A stretch of 64,000 bases of DNA from Escherichia coli (GCF_029227855.1 NZ_CP074356.1), one strand, 5' to 3'; shown: positions 1 through 11,649, numbered from the stretch's first letter. Notes: generated by a model not told the origin, from the letters alone. Numbers and translations: made by a program.

Positions 1-514
1 CGGTACCGGAGAGCTGAACCACGCCGTCGGTGGTTTCAACTTTCACATGACGGGAAGGGACGATATCGTCCGCCAGCAGTTTGGCTTTGATTTCACTGGT
101 GGTGGCGGTGTCACCCGCGTAGCCCTTCACCGAGCCTTCTTTAGCGTCGCGAACGTGCAGTTTGTCGCTGACAGAGGTCACCCCTTCAACGCCTTTCGCC
201 ACTTTCACTGCCTCTTCGGCCTGAGCCTGGCTTTCAACGAAACCGCTCAGGGTCACGACTTTTTGATCGGTTTTGACAGAGATATCGGTGCTCTTGATGT
301 TGTCATGATCCACCAGCGCCGCCTTCACTTTCGCGGTGATGGCGCTGTCATCCATGAAATTACCGACTTTATTCATAGAGCTATCGACTTTTTGCCCTGC
401 GCTTTCATTGGTAGTCTGTGCGTTGTTTTCCGCGTAGGCAGAGCCGGTCGCGACGGCAGAGGTCAACATTACAGCCAGCAGAGTTTTCGAAATCTTCAGT
501 CTTGTCATAGTCAT
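1..514 (-). CDS. osmY: Osmotically inducible periplasmic protein OsmY, N-terminal part; the C-terminus runs off the window start
   Basis: Reverse-strand translation gives [28 protein letters not shown]... and ...[18 protein letters not shown] (BON-domain protein); ATG at complement of 512-514. Confidence 0.85.
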
Positions 515-906
515 CGATTTATTCCTGTATGTTTGCTCGCAATTTGAGCCTGGCAACACGAGGTTGCATTGCTGAATAGGGAGAGACTTCACCCTCTACA
601 GAAGTCAATGGTCGCCATCACAAAAGCGATGGGTGATGAATAACGACCATTACAGCCTCTGAATCAGTTATTAATATCGGTAGAATGACAATCGACGGCT
701 TTAGATACTGATATCTACGCATTGAACGGTATTTAACGCCGCCAGAAATGTCATTACTTTGTTAAATATAGATCACAATTTTGAAACCGCTCGGGAGATC
801 AGCGAAAACATAAGCAAAAGTGAATGTTTTAAGAACATTCCGTAAGCGGCTAATAAGGAAGGGAAATTGACAGGGCGCAGCGGCTACCGCGCCCTGGAGG
901 CAAGAA

Positions 907-2496
907 TTAATGCTCGCGGGTCTGGTGGAACTGAACGTCCGGATAACGTTCCTGCGCCAGGCGCAGGTTGACCATGCTGGTAGCGATGTAAGCGAGGTTA
1001 TCGCCGCCATCAAGCGCCAGTTGGCTTTCGTTCTTACGCTTGAACTCTTCGAATTTCTTCGCGTCCGCACATTCTACCCAGCGGGCAGTGGCAACGTTGA
1101 CTGACTCATACACTGCTTCAACGTTGTATTCGCTCTTCAGACGCGCTACCACCACATCAAACTGCAGCACACCAACTGCACCAACGATCAGATCGTTGTT
1201 GGAGATCGGACGGAACACCTGCACCGCGCCCTCTTCGGAAAGCTGTACCAGCCCTTTGAGTAGCTGTTTTTGCTTCAGCGGATCTTTCAGGCGGATACGA
1301 CGGAACAGTTCTGGTGCGAAGTTCGGAATACCGGTGAACTTCATCATCTCACCCTGGGTAAAGGTGTCGCCGATCTGAATGGTGCCGTGGTTGTGCAGAC
1401 CAAGGATATCGCCAGGATACGCTTCTTCAACGTGCGAACGGTCACCCGCCATAAAGGTCAGCGCGTCGGAGATCACCACATCTTTCGCAGTGCGCACCTG
1501 GCGCAGCTTCATGCCTTTTTCATATTTACCGGATACCACGCGCATAAACGCCACGCGGTCGCGGTGTTTCGGGTCCATGTTGGCCTGAATTTTAAATACG
1601 AAGCCGGTAAATTTGTCTTCGCTCGCCTCTACGGTACGGGTATCAGTCTGACGCGGCATCGGCGCAGGGGCCCACTCCACCAGGCCATCCAGCATATGAT
1701 CAACGCCGAAGTTACCCAGCGCAGTACCGAAGAATACCGGAGTGATTTCGCCCGCAAGGAACAGCTCTTTGTCGAACTCGTTAGACGCGCCTTTCACCAG
1801 TTCCAGTTCGTCACGTAGCTGCTGTGCCAGATCTTCACCAACCGCAGCGTCGAGATCCGGGTTATTCAGCCCTTTAACAATGCGGACTTCCTGAATCGTG
1901 TGGCCTTTACCGCTCTGATAGAGATAGGTTTCATCTTTATAAAGGTGGTAAACGCCTTTAAACAGCTTGCCGCAGCCAATCGGCCAGGTGATCGGTGCGC
2001 AGCCGATTTTCAGCTCGTTCTCAACTTCATCGAGCAGCTCCATCGGGTCGCGGATATCACGGTCAAGTTTGTTCATAAAGGTGAGGATCGGCGTGTCGCG
2101 CAGACGGGTAACTTCCATCAGCTTACGGGTACGATCTTCAACACCTTTTGCAGCGTCGATAACCATCAGGCAGCAGTCCACCGCCGTCAGGGTACGATAG
2201 GTATCTTCCGAGAAGTCTTCGTGCCCCGGGGTGTCGAGCAGGTTAACCAGGCAATCGTGATACGGAAACTGCATCACAGAAGTAGTAATGGAGATCCCAC
2301 GCTGCTTTTCCATCTCCATCCAGTCCGACTTAGCGTGCTGGTTGGAACCACGGCCTTTTACTGTACCGGCGGTCTGAATGGCCTGTCCGAACAGCAGCAC
2401 CTTCTCGGTGATGGTTGTTTTACCGGCGTCCGGGTGAGAAATAATGGCAAAAGTGCGGCGCTTCGCCACCTCTTGCAAATAAGGAGACAACGTCAT
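907..2496 (-). CDS. prfC: Peptide chain release factor 3 (RF3), translational GTPase
   Basis: ORF 907..2523; known N-terminus [28 protein letters not shown] with P-loop, 529 aa from the internal Met. Confidence 0.95.
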
Positions 2497-2586
2497 AATT
2501 CTTTCTTCTTGAGTAAGCGGCATCGCGCCGCGCTTGTTGAAAACGAAAAATTGCGGCTATTTTACCCATCAACGGGGGGGAGGCAA

Positions 2587-3264
2587 TCAGTGTTTACACA
2601 GGAGCTGCTCCAGTTCGTGCAACGAAGAAACGGTCCAGGTGGGCGCGATGCCTTCTGGTTGCTCGCGATTGTGCGCATTCAGCCAGCAGGTCGCAAGCCC
2701 GGCGTTGATGCCACCGAGAATATCGGACTCAGCAGTGTCGCCAACCATCAGCACGCGTGAACGGTCAGGATTGCCCGCCTGTTCCAGCGCATAATCGAAA
2801 ATTTTCTTATTCGGTTTGGCAACGCCAACTTCTTCGGAAATCACCAGCAAATCGAAATAATCACGCAGGCCCGTGCGTTCCAGACGCACTTGCTGCAAGG
2901 CGCTAAAGCCGTTGGTGATGATGCCAATTTTAGCGTTGCCACGAATGGCGTTAAGCAGAGAAACCGCGCCCGGCAGCGGCGTACAGATTTCCGCCATCGC
3001 ATTAATAAAGGCTTCGTTGAGTTTACCCGGCTCGACGTTCAGCCGTTCGGCCCAGCTCTCAAAACGCCCGTGTTGAAGCTGTAATGAAGTGATCGCGCCG
3101 TTTTGATAATCCACCCACAGTGGCTTGTTAACGGCCTGATAGTCCTGAAAATCTTCAGCGGTAAAGGTGACGCTGTAATCAAGAAACATCCGCTGCAGGC
3201 CGGTGAATGAGTCAAATGTAAACAGCGTTTCATCGGCATCAAAGAAAATCCAGTCCCACTTCAT
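2587..3264 (-). CDS. yjjG: HAD-family pyrimidine 5'-nucleotidase YjjG
   Basis: 225 aa, [18 protein letters not shown] motif I, conserved position between prfC and rimI. Confidence 0.9.
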   Translation of the reverse strand: MKWDWIFFDADETLFTFDSFTGLQRMFLDYSVTFTAEDFQDYQAVNKPLWVDYQNGAITSLQLQHGRFESWAERLNVEPGKLNEAFINAMAEICTPLPGAVSLLNAIRGNAKIGIITNGFSALQQVRLERTGLRDYFDLLVISEEVGVAKPNKKIFDYALEQAGNPDRSRVLMVGDTAESDILGGINAGLATCWLNAHNREQPEGIAPTWTVSSLHELEQLLCKH

Positions 3265-3278
3265 TATTCCACCTTGTC

Positions 3279-3725
3279 TTACATACTGATTGGCAACGCC
3301 ATGATGATGGCGTCTTCGCGACCGTCCGTGGTGGGGTAGTAATTGCGGCGAATCGTCGCCTCGTTAAAGCCTAAACTTTCGTACAGGGCAATGGCGGCAG
3401 CGTTTGAGGCACGGACTTCCAGCCATAGCGTCGCCACGCCGCGTTTTTCCAGTTCGTCGATCAGATGTTCCAGCAGCGCCCTTCCCAGTCCCTGACGCTG
3501 ATAGTCAGGATCGACCGCAATATTGAACAATGTAGCTTCATCCAGCACCACTTGCGTAATCGCAAACGCCGCCATTTTGCCGTTTTGCGTTAACTGAAAG
3601 TTGAGATAACGCTCGCCCTGATTACTGGCAAAGGTTTTTTCACTCCACGGAAAGGCGTGGGCGCGTTGTTCAATGTGGAAAGCCGCTGGTAAATCAGTCG
3701 TTTCGAGGGAAGAAATCGTGTTCAT
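3279..3725 (-). CDS. rimI: Ribosomal protein S18 alanine N-acetyltransferase
   Basis: 148 aa GNAT-fold protein, [13 protein letters not shown] motif; 3' end of holD overlaps its 5' end. Confidence 0.9.
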   Translation of the reverse strand: MNTISSLETTDLPAAFHIEQRAHAFPWSEKTFASNQGERYLNFQLTQNGKMAAFAITQVVLDEATLFNIAVDPDYQRQGLGRALLEHLIDELEKRGVATLWLEVRASNAAAIALYESLGFNEATIRRNYYPTTDGREDAIIMALPISM

Positions 3726-4107
3726 ATGTGCAAATTTGTTGCCATAACGCGGCGCGTGCCGTTGGGTTTGCCCGTAATTCGGTGAGCGCCGGTGATGCCA
3801 CCTGAGCGCCTTCCAGTGATAGCGGTTCGTCAGTACCCAACCGCCAGCTGTTGCAGCGACTGCCTTGCGGCAGCATCGCGATTTTTTCTGGCGTCAGTTG
3901 CAGCACTTGATCGGGGCTGACGGTTAACGCGCGCAGAACATCGCTCACTATAGGATCGGTCAGGGCGGGAAGATCGTTTGCCACCATCACCAGACGGACG
4001 TGTGCCGGGATCGCAATGGCAATCTCCCCCTGCAACGCGCCAGGGCGACGCAGCGACCACTGGGTAATGCCCAGTTGCTGTAACTGCCAGTCTCGTCGGG
4101 ATGTCAT
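3694..4107 (-). CDS. holD: DNA polymerase III psi subunit
   Basis: 137 aa MTSRRDWQLQQLGITQW...; overlaps rimI by 32 nt as in E. coli. Confidence 0.9.
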   Translation of the reverse strand: MTSRRDWQLQQLGITQWSLRRPGALQGEIAIAIPAHVRLVMVANDLPALTDPIVSDVLRALTVSPDQVLQLTPEKIAMLPQGSRCNSWRLGTDEPLSLEGAQVASPALTELRANPTARAALWQQICTYEHDFFPRND

Positions 4108-4209
4108 AGCGAATCGCTCCTGTTGTCAGGGGCGCAAATATAGCAAATTCGTCGATACCGCGCCAACATATGGCTATAATCGCCGCCAGTATCAATTGAG
4201 GAGCATTCC

Positions 4210-5241
4210 ATGTCTGCATTTACCCCGGCAAGTGAAGTCTTGCTGCGTCACAGTGATGATTTCGAACAAAGCCGTATTCTGTTTGCCGGAGACTTACAGG
4301 ATGACCTGCCCGCGCGTTTAGATACCGCGGCCAGCCGTGCTCATACCCAGCAATTCCACCACTGGCAGGTATTAAGCCGCCAGATGGGGGATAACGCCCG
4401 TTTCAGTCTGGTCGCCACGGCGGATGACGTCACAGATTGCGATACGCTGATTTACTACTGGCCGAAGAACAAACCGGAAGCCCAGTTCCAGTTGATGAAT
4501 TTACTTTCTCTGCTGCCGGTGGGCACGGATATTTTTGTCGTTGGCGAGAACCGCAGCGGCGTGCGCAGCGCCGAGCAGATGCTGGCAGATTATGCGCCGT
4601 TGAATAAAGTGGACAGCGCTCGTCGCTGTGGCCTCTATTTTGGTCGTCTGGAAAAACAGCCAGTATTTGATGCCGATAAATTCTGGGGCGAATACAGCGT
4701 CGATGGCCTGACGGTCAAAACGCTGCCGGGCGTGTTTAGCCGCGACGGTCTGGATGTCGGTAGCCAGTTACTGCTCTCGACGTTAACTCCGCACACGAAA
4801 GGTAAAGTGCTGGATGTCGGCTGTGGCGCGGGCGTGCTTTCTGTTGCCTTTGCGCGCCATTCGCCGAAAATTCGTCTCACTCTGTGCGATGTCTCTGCGC
4901 CAGCGGTAGAAGCCAGCCGCGCAACACTTGCGGCCAACGGTGTTGAAGGTGAAGTCTTTGCCAGTAACGTCTTTTCCGAGGTGAAAGGTCGTTTTGATAT
5001 GATCATCTCCAACCCGCCGTTCCACGATGGGATGCAAACCAGCCTCGATGCGGCGCAAATGCTGATTCGCGGCGCGGTGCGTCATCTTAATAGCGGCGGC
5101 GAGCTGCGAATTGTAGCGAACGCCTTCCTGCCTTATCCGGACGTGCTGGATGAGACATTTGGCTTCCACGAAGTGATCGCGCAAACCGGGCGCTTCAAGG
5201 TGTATCGCGCCATTATGACCCGCCAGGCGAAGAAAGGTTAA
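4210..5241 (+). CDS. rsmC: 16S rRNA (guanine1207-N2)-methyltransferase
   Basis: 343 aa, SAM-binding [11 protein letters not shown] and NPPFH motifs; divergent from holD. Confidence 0.9.
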   Translation: MSAFTPASEVLLRHSDDFEQSRILFAGDLQDDLPARLDTAASRAHTQQFHHWQVLSRQMGDNARFSLVATADDVTDCDTLIYYWPKNKPEAQFQLMNLLSLLPVGTDIFVVGENRSGVRSAEQMLADYAPLNKVDSARRCGLYFGRLEKQPVFDADKFWGEYSVDGLTVKTLPGVFSRDGLDVGSQLLLSTLTPHTKGKVLDVGCGAGVLSVAFARHSPKIRLTLCDVSAPAVEASRATLAANGVEGEVFASNVFSEVKGRFDMIISNPPFHDGMQTSLDAAQMLIRGAVRHLNSGGELRIVANAFLPYPDVLDETFGFHEVIAQTGRFKVYRAIMTRQAKKG

Positions 5242-5371
5242 GTATCTGATATCTGTCGCCGCATACCGTGTCGGATGCGGCGTACACGACTTCTCTGACC
5301 GACAAACGAATTATCCACAATCCGCTGATGGACATTTTTCCAGCAATTACACCTCCGGCGATAATTAACTA

Positions 5372-5399
5372 TTGACGAAAAGCTGAAAACCACTAGAAT
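5372..5399 (+). promoter_or_regulatory. Sigma70 promoter of the tRNA-Leu operon (TTGACG -35, 16-nt spacer, TAGAAT -10, GC-rich discriminator)
   Basis: ttgacgaaaagctgaaaaccactagaat followed by gcgcctccg about 40 nt upstream of the first tRNA; AT-rich tract upstream. Confidence 0.55.
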
Positions 5400-5440
5400 G
5401 CGCCTCCGTGGTAGCAATTCTTTTTAAGAATTGATGGTAT

Positions 5441-5527
5441 GCGAAGGTGGCGGAATTGGTAGACGCGCTAGCTTCAGGTGTTAGTGTCCTTACGGACGTG
5501 GGGGTTCAAGTCCCCCCCCTCGCACCA
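5441..5527 (+). tRNA. leuV: tRNA-Leu (anticodon CAG), copy 1 of 3
   Basis: 87-nt GCGAAGGTGGCGGAATTGGTAGACGCG...CCTCGCACCA with CTTCAGGT anticodon loop; gene name assigned by operon position only. Confidence 0.9.
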
Positions 5528-5555
5528 AAAACCACGTTGATATTGCTCGCACTGG

Positions 5556-5642
5556 GCGAAGGTGGCGGAATTGGTAGACGCGCTAGCTTCAGGTGTTAGT
5601 GTTCTTACGGACGTGGGGGTTCAAGTCCCCCCCCTCGCACCA
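5556..5642 (+). tRNA. leuP: tRNA-Leu (anticodon CAG), copy 2 of 3, with one C-to-T difference in the variable arm
   Basis: Same 87-nt sequence except GTTCTTACGGAC instead of GTCCTTACGGAC. Confidence 0.9.
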
Positions 5643-5676
5643 AACGAGGCGATATCAAAAAAAGTAAGATGACTGT

Positions 5677-5763
5677 GCGAAGGTGGCGGAATTGGTAGAC
5701 GCGCTAGCTTCAGGTGTTAGTGTCCTTACGGACGTGGGGGTTCAAGTCCCCCCCCTCGCACCA
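5677..5763 (+). tRNA. leuQ: tRNA-Leu (anticodon CAG), copy 3 of 3
   Basis: Identical to copy 1. Confidence 0.9.
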
Positions 5764-5801
5764 ATTATCTTTACTTCCTTTCTTGTTTCTTCCCTGTTTT
5801 A

Positions 5802-6038
5802 TCATCCCTGATTCAAATTCATTAGCATCAGCATGATGCCAGCACTAAGCGCCAGGCACGATGGCAGCAAAACGTAATGCCGCAACTGTTTGTGATACAG
5901 CATCACCGGCGTCAATATTAATCCCATCAGAATGACAATCCGCCACTGATCCGGCGATAAATCCGCATACATCAGCCCTGCAATCAGCAATCCCGGCAGC
6001 AACACTCCCCAGCCACTGCCCAGCGTACGTTGCAACAT
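5802..6038 (-). CDS. yjjZ: Small inner-membrane protein YjjZ
   Basis: ORF 5802..6149; the 78-aa form MLQRTLGSGWGVLLPGLLIAGL... starts at an internal Met; divergent from fhuF. Confidence 0.5.
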   Translation of the reverse strand: MLQRTLGSGWGVLLPGLLIAGLMYADLSPDQWRIVILMGLILTPVMLYHKQLRHYVLLPSCLALSAGIMLMLMNLNQG

Positions 6039-6049
6039 GGTTTCATCTC

Positions 6050-6178
6050 TTTCATTGATAATGATAACTAATATCATATGATAATTTTTATCATTTGCAA
6101 GCCAGAGAAATCCCTTGCTATCGGGTAAACCTATCGCTAGGATTAGCAATCATTATCATTTAGATTACTATCACGATT
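6050..6178. promoter_or_regulatory. yjjZ-fhuF divergent promoter region with Fur-box-like GATAAT/ATCATT repeats
   Basis: tgataatgataactaatatcatatgataatttttatcatttgc and gcaatcattatcatttagattactatcac resemble the Fur consensus GATAATGATAATCATTATC. Confidence 0.4.
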
Positions 6179-6967
6179 ATGGCCTATCGTTCCGCACCGC
6201 TCTATGAAGATGTTATCTGGCGAACGCATCTCCAGCCGCAGGATGCTGGGCTTGCACAAGCCGTACGGGCGACGATCGCCGAACATCGTGAACATTTGCT
6301 CGAGTTTATCCGCCTGGATGAACCCGCTCCGCTTAACGCCATGACGCTGGCGCAATGGTCATCACCGAATACGCTAAGTTCTCTACTGGCGGTCTATTCC
6401 GATCATATCTACCGCAACCAACCCTTGATGATCCGCGAGAACAAACCGCTGATCTCACTATGGGCGCAATGGTATATCGGCCTGATGGTGCCACCATTAA
6501 TGTTGGCGCTGCTGACGCAGGAAAAAGCATTAGATGTGTCGCCGGAACATTTCCACGTTGAGTTTCACGAAACCGGACGCGCCGCCTGTTTCTGGGTCGA
6601 TGTGTGTGAAGATAAAAACGCAACACTACATTCGCCGCAGCAGCGAATGGAAACGTTAATCAGTCAGGCGCTTGTTCCGGTAGTGCAGGCATTAGAAGCA
6701 ACGGGAGAGATCAACGGCAAACTTATCTGGAGCAATACCGGTTATTTGATCAACTGGTATCTGACTGAGATGAAACAGCTGCTCGGCGAGGCGACGGTTG
6801 AATCGCTGCGCCATGCCCTCTTTTTTGAGAAAATGCTCACGAACGGTGAAGATAATCCACTCTGGCGTACCGTGGTACTGCGCGACGGCCTGCTGGTGCG
6901 CCGCACTTGCTGTCAGCGTTATCGCTTACCGGATGTGCAGCAATGTGGCGATTGTACGCTGAAATGA
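6179..6967 (+). CDS. fhuF: Ferric-siderophore reductase FhuF (2Fe-2S protein)
   Basis: 262 aa; C-terminal C-C-x10-C-x2-C motif (CCQRYRLPDVQQCGDC). Confidence 0.9.
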   Translation: MAYRSAPLYEDVIWRTHLQPQDAGLAQAVRATIAEHREHLLEFIRLDEPAPLNAMTLAQWSSPNTLSSLLAVYSDHIYRNQPLMIRENKPLISLWAQWYIGLMVPPLMLALLTQEKALDVSPEHFHVEFHETGRAACFWVDVCEDKNATLHSPQQRMETLISQALVPVVQALEATGEINGKLIWSNTGYLINWYLTEMKQLLGEATVESLRHALFFEKMLTNGEDNPLWRTVVLRDGLLVRRTCCQRYRLPDVQQCGDCTLK

Positions 6968-7004
6968 AAGCACTGCCGGGGAAGTAAACCCGGCATCATG
7001 CGGA

Positions 7005-7682
7005 TTAATAGGGATGCAACACATTACTTGCTTCGCAATGCCGCATACATAACAGAATATCTGCGGCCTCCAACAACCCTGCATCAGAACTGACGCCCAG
7101 TTTCGACATCACATTAAATTTATGTGCACGGATCGTTTTGATATTGCGTTTAAGCTGCTCGGCAATTTGTGTCATTGAGTAGCCACGCGACATAAAGCGC
7201 AATATTTCTCTCTCCGTCGGGCTTAGCGTTCGGCTTTGATTAATGTACCACTGATTGTTCAGTCGGTCGGTCGCCTGACGTACACCATTTAATGACAAAA
7301 AGAGTTCCTGATGAAAAATCTCCAGCGTTGACGCTTTACTTAATACACCGTCCAACGGTGATGGCGACAAAGAACCAATCAGCCGAGCTTCAATATCATC
7401 ATCCGCAATAACTAAACGCCGGGTACGCGGAAACTTAATCGCCAGTTCAGTCAGGCAAGATAATCCCTCTCTGCGCTCACTTCTCATGGCAGAAAAAGAA
7501 AAAATGACCGCCGCAAACGAGATCCGCGACATGGCATCCTGAAATGACTCCTGACTGGTATAGGTATGGAGCTTATAAGGGTTACCCGCAAACTTTCTGA
7601 ATAAACTCTCAATACCGATACTACTCATGACGCATTTTTCTATGAGTGCGACATTTCTCTTCTTAATTCGGCTGTGTTCCAT
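7005..7682 (-). CDS. bglJ: LuxR-family transcriptional activator BglJ
   Basis: 225 aa with C-terminal LuxR-type HTH ([24 protein letters not shown]); overlaps yjjQ. Confidence 0.85.
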
Positions 7683-8365
7683 TCTGCGGCATCTCCATAA
7701 ACAGAAGGCAAGTTAAGTTCTCTTGCACCCTGCGCGCTATTTATCCATGCATACATTTCAGCGTTGCTGTGAATTGCCAGTCGACGCATCGCACTGTTTT
7801 TTTGGGCGCTGATAGTTTTATTACTTTTCTTAAGCAATGAAGCTATCTGGTTGATGCCCCATCCTTTACCTAATAGCCGCAGTACCTTGCGCTCTGAAAG
7901 AGTGAGAATGACGGAGCGATAGCTAAAATCATGAGTTTCAGTCATTGCCGGAGAGGTCAGCATGGCGCTGATACGCTCTGCGTGCGTATTGCCGGAACGT
8001 ACGGTCTTGACCAGATTCTCAATGGGTTCAACATCAGACAATAACGTCGCCGTAGGGCACATGAGCAATTCTACTGCCTGGGAATACCAGGAGCGTGACA
8101 CCATGAAAACCCAGTGAATTTCCCGATATTGCGAGATTAAAGAATAATAATGTTCACAAACAGAACGTGGATCTTCACTTTCACCGGCTAAATCAGCAAT
8201 GACTAATCCGGAACGACGTAATTGTAATAAGGTAAGGTCCTCCGCAGAGGCGCTGGATATTATTTCATATTCAGGGAAGTGAGTCCTCATGACCTCTTTT
8301 AACCCTGCTTGCATAACAGGTATTTTACTGATAACAATTCCATTTTTGCAGCATCCTGGCAACAT
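7640..8365 (-). CDS. yjjQ: LuxR-family regulator YjjQ
   Basis: 241 aa with C-terminal LuxR HTH ([23 protein letters not shown]); upstream of and overlapping bglJ. Confidence 0.85.
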
Positions 8366-8983
8366 ATTTCCTCCACATCCACTGTCTAAAAATCATGATG
8401 GTTTATTCAGGATATTCATTCCTTAAATGTTTCCAGCAAATTAATAGATTAAGCGAATAAATTATCCTTAGCATTCACTTTCATATCAGCATACTCCTGC
8501 TGCACAACAACTCCACTGCATGTGTCAGAAGGTTAGCATCAAATGATAACCTGGTGAAATAGCCTGGAGACATTTAAAATATCTACATTAAGTTGTTAGA
8601 AATACTTAATGAAAAACAGAATTCTCATTCATTTAATTTATAATTAACTGATATCCCTTCCCGCAGAATGCAAAATCACACAATCAATATTTATTCAATA
8701 AAATCTGATAGTTTTAACTTGTAAAAATTAAAAAACGCGCCCAGTTATCTTTTATCCTGATTCGTAAAGGCTAAACAATAAATTCATTATAGTGATAATA
8801 TTCATGTGATAATTTGTTTGCGACGAGAGATAATTCGCTTTTTATCACCGAGCTTCTCCTGATAACCAGGATTAATCAGCGCAATTTTGATCTTAACCTA
8901 CCGCAAAACAACCGTGCTTCATGATACAAATGGATTCTCATTATCTGAACAATACGCAGCACGTCTATGACAAAGGGCGAGTT
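8366..8983. promoter_or_regulatory. AT-rich divergent yjjQ-bglJ / yjjP control region, probably H-NS-silenced
   Basis: About 600 nt of very AT-rich non-coding DNA between divergent genes; H-NS silencing of yjjQ-bglJ is recalled from K-12. Confidence 0.4.
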
Positions 8984-9754
8984 ATGCAAACTGAGCAACA
9001 GCGAGCCGTAACACGGCTTTGTATCCAGTGTGGATTATTTCTTTTGCAACATGGTGCGGAAAGCGCGTTGGTTGATGAGCTTTCCTCACGACTGGGTCGG
9101 GCGTTGGGAATGGACAGCGTCGAAAGTTCTATCTCTTCGAACGCCATAGTGCTGACAACCATCAAAGATGGGCAATGCCTGACATCGACACGAAAAAATC
9201 ACGATCGCGGCATTAATATGCATGTGGTGACTGAAGTCCAGCACATTGTGATTCTGGCGGAGCATCATCTGCTGGATTACAAAGGTGTAGAGAAACGATT
9301 TAGCCAAATTCAGCCATTACGTTACCCGAGATGGCTGGTAGCCTTAATGGTCGGCCTTTCTTGCGCCTGTTTCTGTAAACTCAATAAAGGTGGCTGGGAT
9401 GGTGCCGTCATCACCTTCTTTGCCAGTACGGTCGCGATGTATATCCGCCAGCTGCTGGCACAACGTCATCTTCATCCACAGATCAACTTTTGCCTCACCG
9501 CTTTCGCCGCCACCACCATTTCCGGTTTGCTTTTGCAACTTCCCACTTTCAGCAATACACCCACTATCGCGATGGCCGCCAGCGTTCTGCTGCTGGTGCC
9601 GGGCTTTCCGTTGATTAATGCCGTCGCCGATATGTTTAAAGGCCACATCAATACCGGACTGGCACGCTGGGCGATCGCCAGTCTGCTGACACTGGCTACC
9701 TGCGTCGGCGTAGTGATGGCACTGACGATTTGGGGGCTACGCGGATGGGTGTGA
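8984..9754 (+). CDS. yjjP: ThrE-family exporter subunit YjjP
   Basis: ORF 8921..9754; the 256-aa form starts MQTEQQRAV. Confidence 0.8.
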
Positions 9755-10218
9755 TCGAATTTCTGTTAGCGTTGGCGCAGGATATGATCCTCGCCGCCAT
9801 TCCTGCGGTCGGCTTTGCGATGGTGTTCAACGTTCCCGTGCGGGCGTTACGCTGGTGTGCGCTGCTTGGCTCGATAGGTCATGGTTCCCGAATGATCTTA
9901 ATGACCAGCGGGCTGAATATTGAGTGGTCAACTTTTATGGCTTCTATGCTGGTCGGCACCATTGGTATTCAATGGTCGCGCTGGTATCTGGCGCATCCGA
10001 AAGTGTTTACCGTGGCGGCTGTTATTCCTATGTTCCCTGGCATATCGGCTTATACCGCAATGATTTCGGCGGTAAAAATCAGCCAGCTAGGTTACAGCGA
10101 ACCGTTGATGATTACCCTGTTAACCAACTTTCTTACAGCTTCATCAATTGTTGGTGCGTTATCCATCGGTCTTTCCATTCCTGGATTATGGTTGTACCGC
10201 AAGCGCCCTCGCGTATAA
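9745..10218 (+). CDS. yjjB: ThrE-family exporter subunit YjjB
   Basis: ORF 9730..10218; the 157-aa membrane protein starts [13 protein letters not shown]; overlaps yjjP. Confidence 0.8.
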
Positions 10219-10324
10219 AATTGCCTCGCTTAAGCACACGGATGAGAGACAGCCTCCTCTCCTCCGTGTGTTACTATAAAAGTTATCTCCCTTCTCGTTC
10301 ATCGTTCCATATTTGAGAAACAGT

Positions 10325-10864
10325 ATGTCTTCCAGAGTTTTGACCCCGGACGTCGTTGGTATTGACGCCCTGGTACACGATCACCAAACCGTTCTGGCAA
10401 AAGCTGAAGGCGGTGTGGTTGCCGTATTTGCTAACAATGCCCCGGCGTTTTATGCCGTCACGCCTGCACGCCTGGCTGAACTGCTGGCGCTGGAAGAAAA
10501 GCTGGCGCGTCCGGGAAGCGATGTCGCTCTGGACGATCAACTCTATCAGGAACCGCAAGCCGCTCCCGTTGCTGTACCCATGGGGAAATTCGCCATGTAT
10601 CCGGACTGGCAACCCGATGCCGACTTTATCCGCCTGGCGGCGCTATGGGGCGTGGCACTAAGAGAGCCGGTGACCACCGAAGAACTGGCCTCATTCATTG
10701 CCTACTGGCAGGCGGAAGGTAAAGTCTTTCACCATGTGCAGTGGCAACAAAAACTGGCGCGCAGCCTGCAAATCGGCCGTGCCAGCAACGGCGGACTGCC
10801 GAAACGAGATGTGAATACGGTCAGCGAACCTGACAGTCAAATTCCACCAGGATTCAGAGGGTAA
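10325..10864 (+). CDS. dnaT: Primosomal protein DnaT
   Basis: 179 aa [17 protein letters not shown]...; immediately upstream of dnaC. Confidence 0.9.
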
Positions 10865-10866
10865 CG

Positions 10867-11604
10867 ATGAAAAACGTTGGCGACCTGATGCAACGCCTGC
10901 AAAAAATGATGCCTGCCCATATCAAACCTGCATTCAAAACGGGTGAAGAGCTACTGGCCTGGCAGAAAGAACAAGGGGCGATCCGCTCCGCCGCTCTCGA
11001 ACGTGAAAATCGGGCGATGAAAATGCAGCGCACCTTTAACCGCTCCGGTATTCGTCCACTGCATCAGAACTGCTCCTTTGAGAACTATCGCGTTGAGTGT
11101 GAAGGGCAGATGAATGCGTTAAGCAAAGCGCGCCAGTATGTCGAAGAGTTTGACGGCAACATCGCCAGCTTCATCTTTTCTGGCAAGCCAGGAACCGGCA
11201 AAAACCATCTGGCGGCGGCAATCTGCAACGAACTGCTGCTACGCGGTAAATCCGTATTGATTATCACCGTGGCCGATATTATGTCGGCGATGAAAGATAC
11301 CTTCAGGAATAGCGGTACCAGCGAAGAACAACTGCTTAACGATCTGAGCAACGTTGATCTGCTGGTGATCGATGAGATCGGCGTGCAAACCGAATCGAAA
11401 TACGAAAAAGTGATCATCAACCAGATCGTCGATCGCCGCTCTTCTTCCAAACGCCCAACCGGGATGCTGACCAACAGTAATATGGAAGAGATGACCAAGT
11501 TGCTGGGCGAACGCGTGATGGACCGTATGCGCCTGGGTAACAGTTTGTGGGTGATCTTCAACTGGGATAGCTACCGTAGCCGGGTAACGGGTAAAGAGTA
11601 TTAA
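10867..11604 (+). CDS. dnaC: Helicase loader DnaC
   Basis: 245 aa with Walker A GKPGTGKNHLAAAI and DEIG Walker B. Confidence 0.95.
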   Translation: MKNVGDLMQRLQKMMPAHIKPAFKTGEELLAWQKEQGAIRSAALERENRAMKMQRTFNRSGIRPLHQNCSFENYRVECEGQMNALSKARQYVEEFDGNIASFIFSGKPGTGKNHLAAAICNELLLRGKSVLIITVADIMSAMKDTFRNSGTSEEQLLNDLSNVDLLVIDEIGVQTESKYEKVIINQIVDRRSSSKRPTGMLTNSNMEEMTKLLGERVMDRMRLGNSLWVIFNWDSYRSRVTGKEY

Positions 11605-11649
11605 TCCCCGTTTCTGGCGGTATACTGCGACACAATTCCACCTTGAGTA

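Noticed and set aside
47-547. 166-aa plus-strand ORF at the window start
   Set aside because: The opposite strand encodes OsmY with a clear signal peptide and BON-domain sequence.
1270-2760. 182-aa and 286-aa plus-strand ORFs
   Set aside because: Both are antisense to prfC, whose translation matches RF3 throughout.
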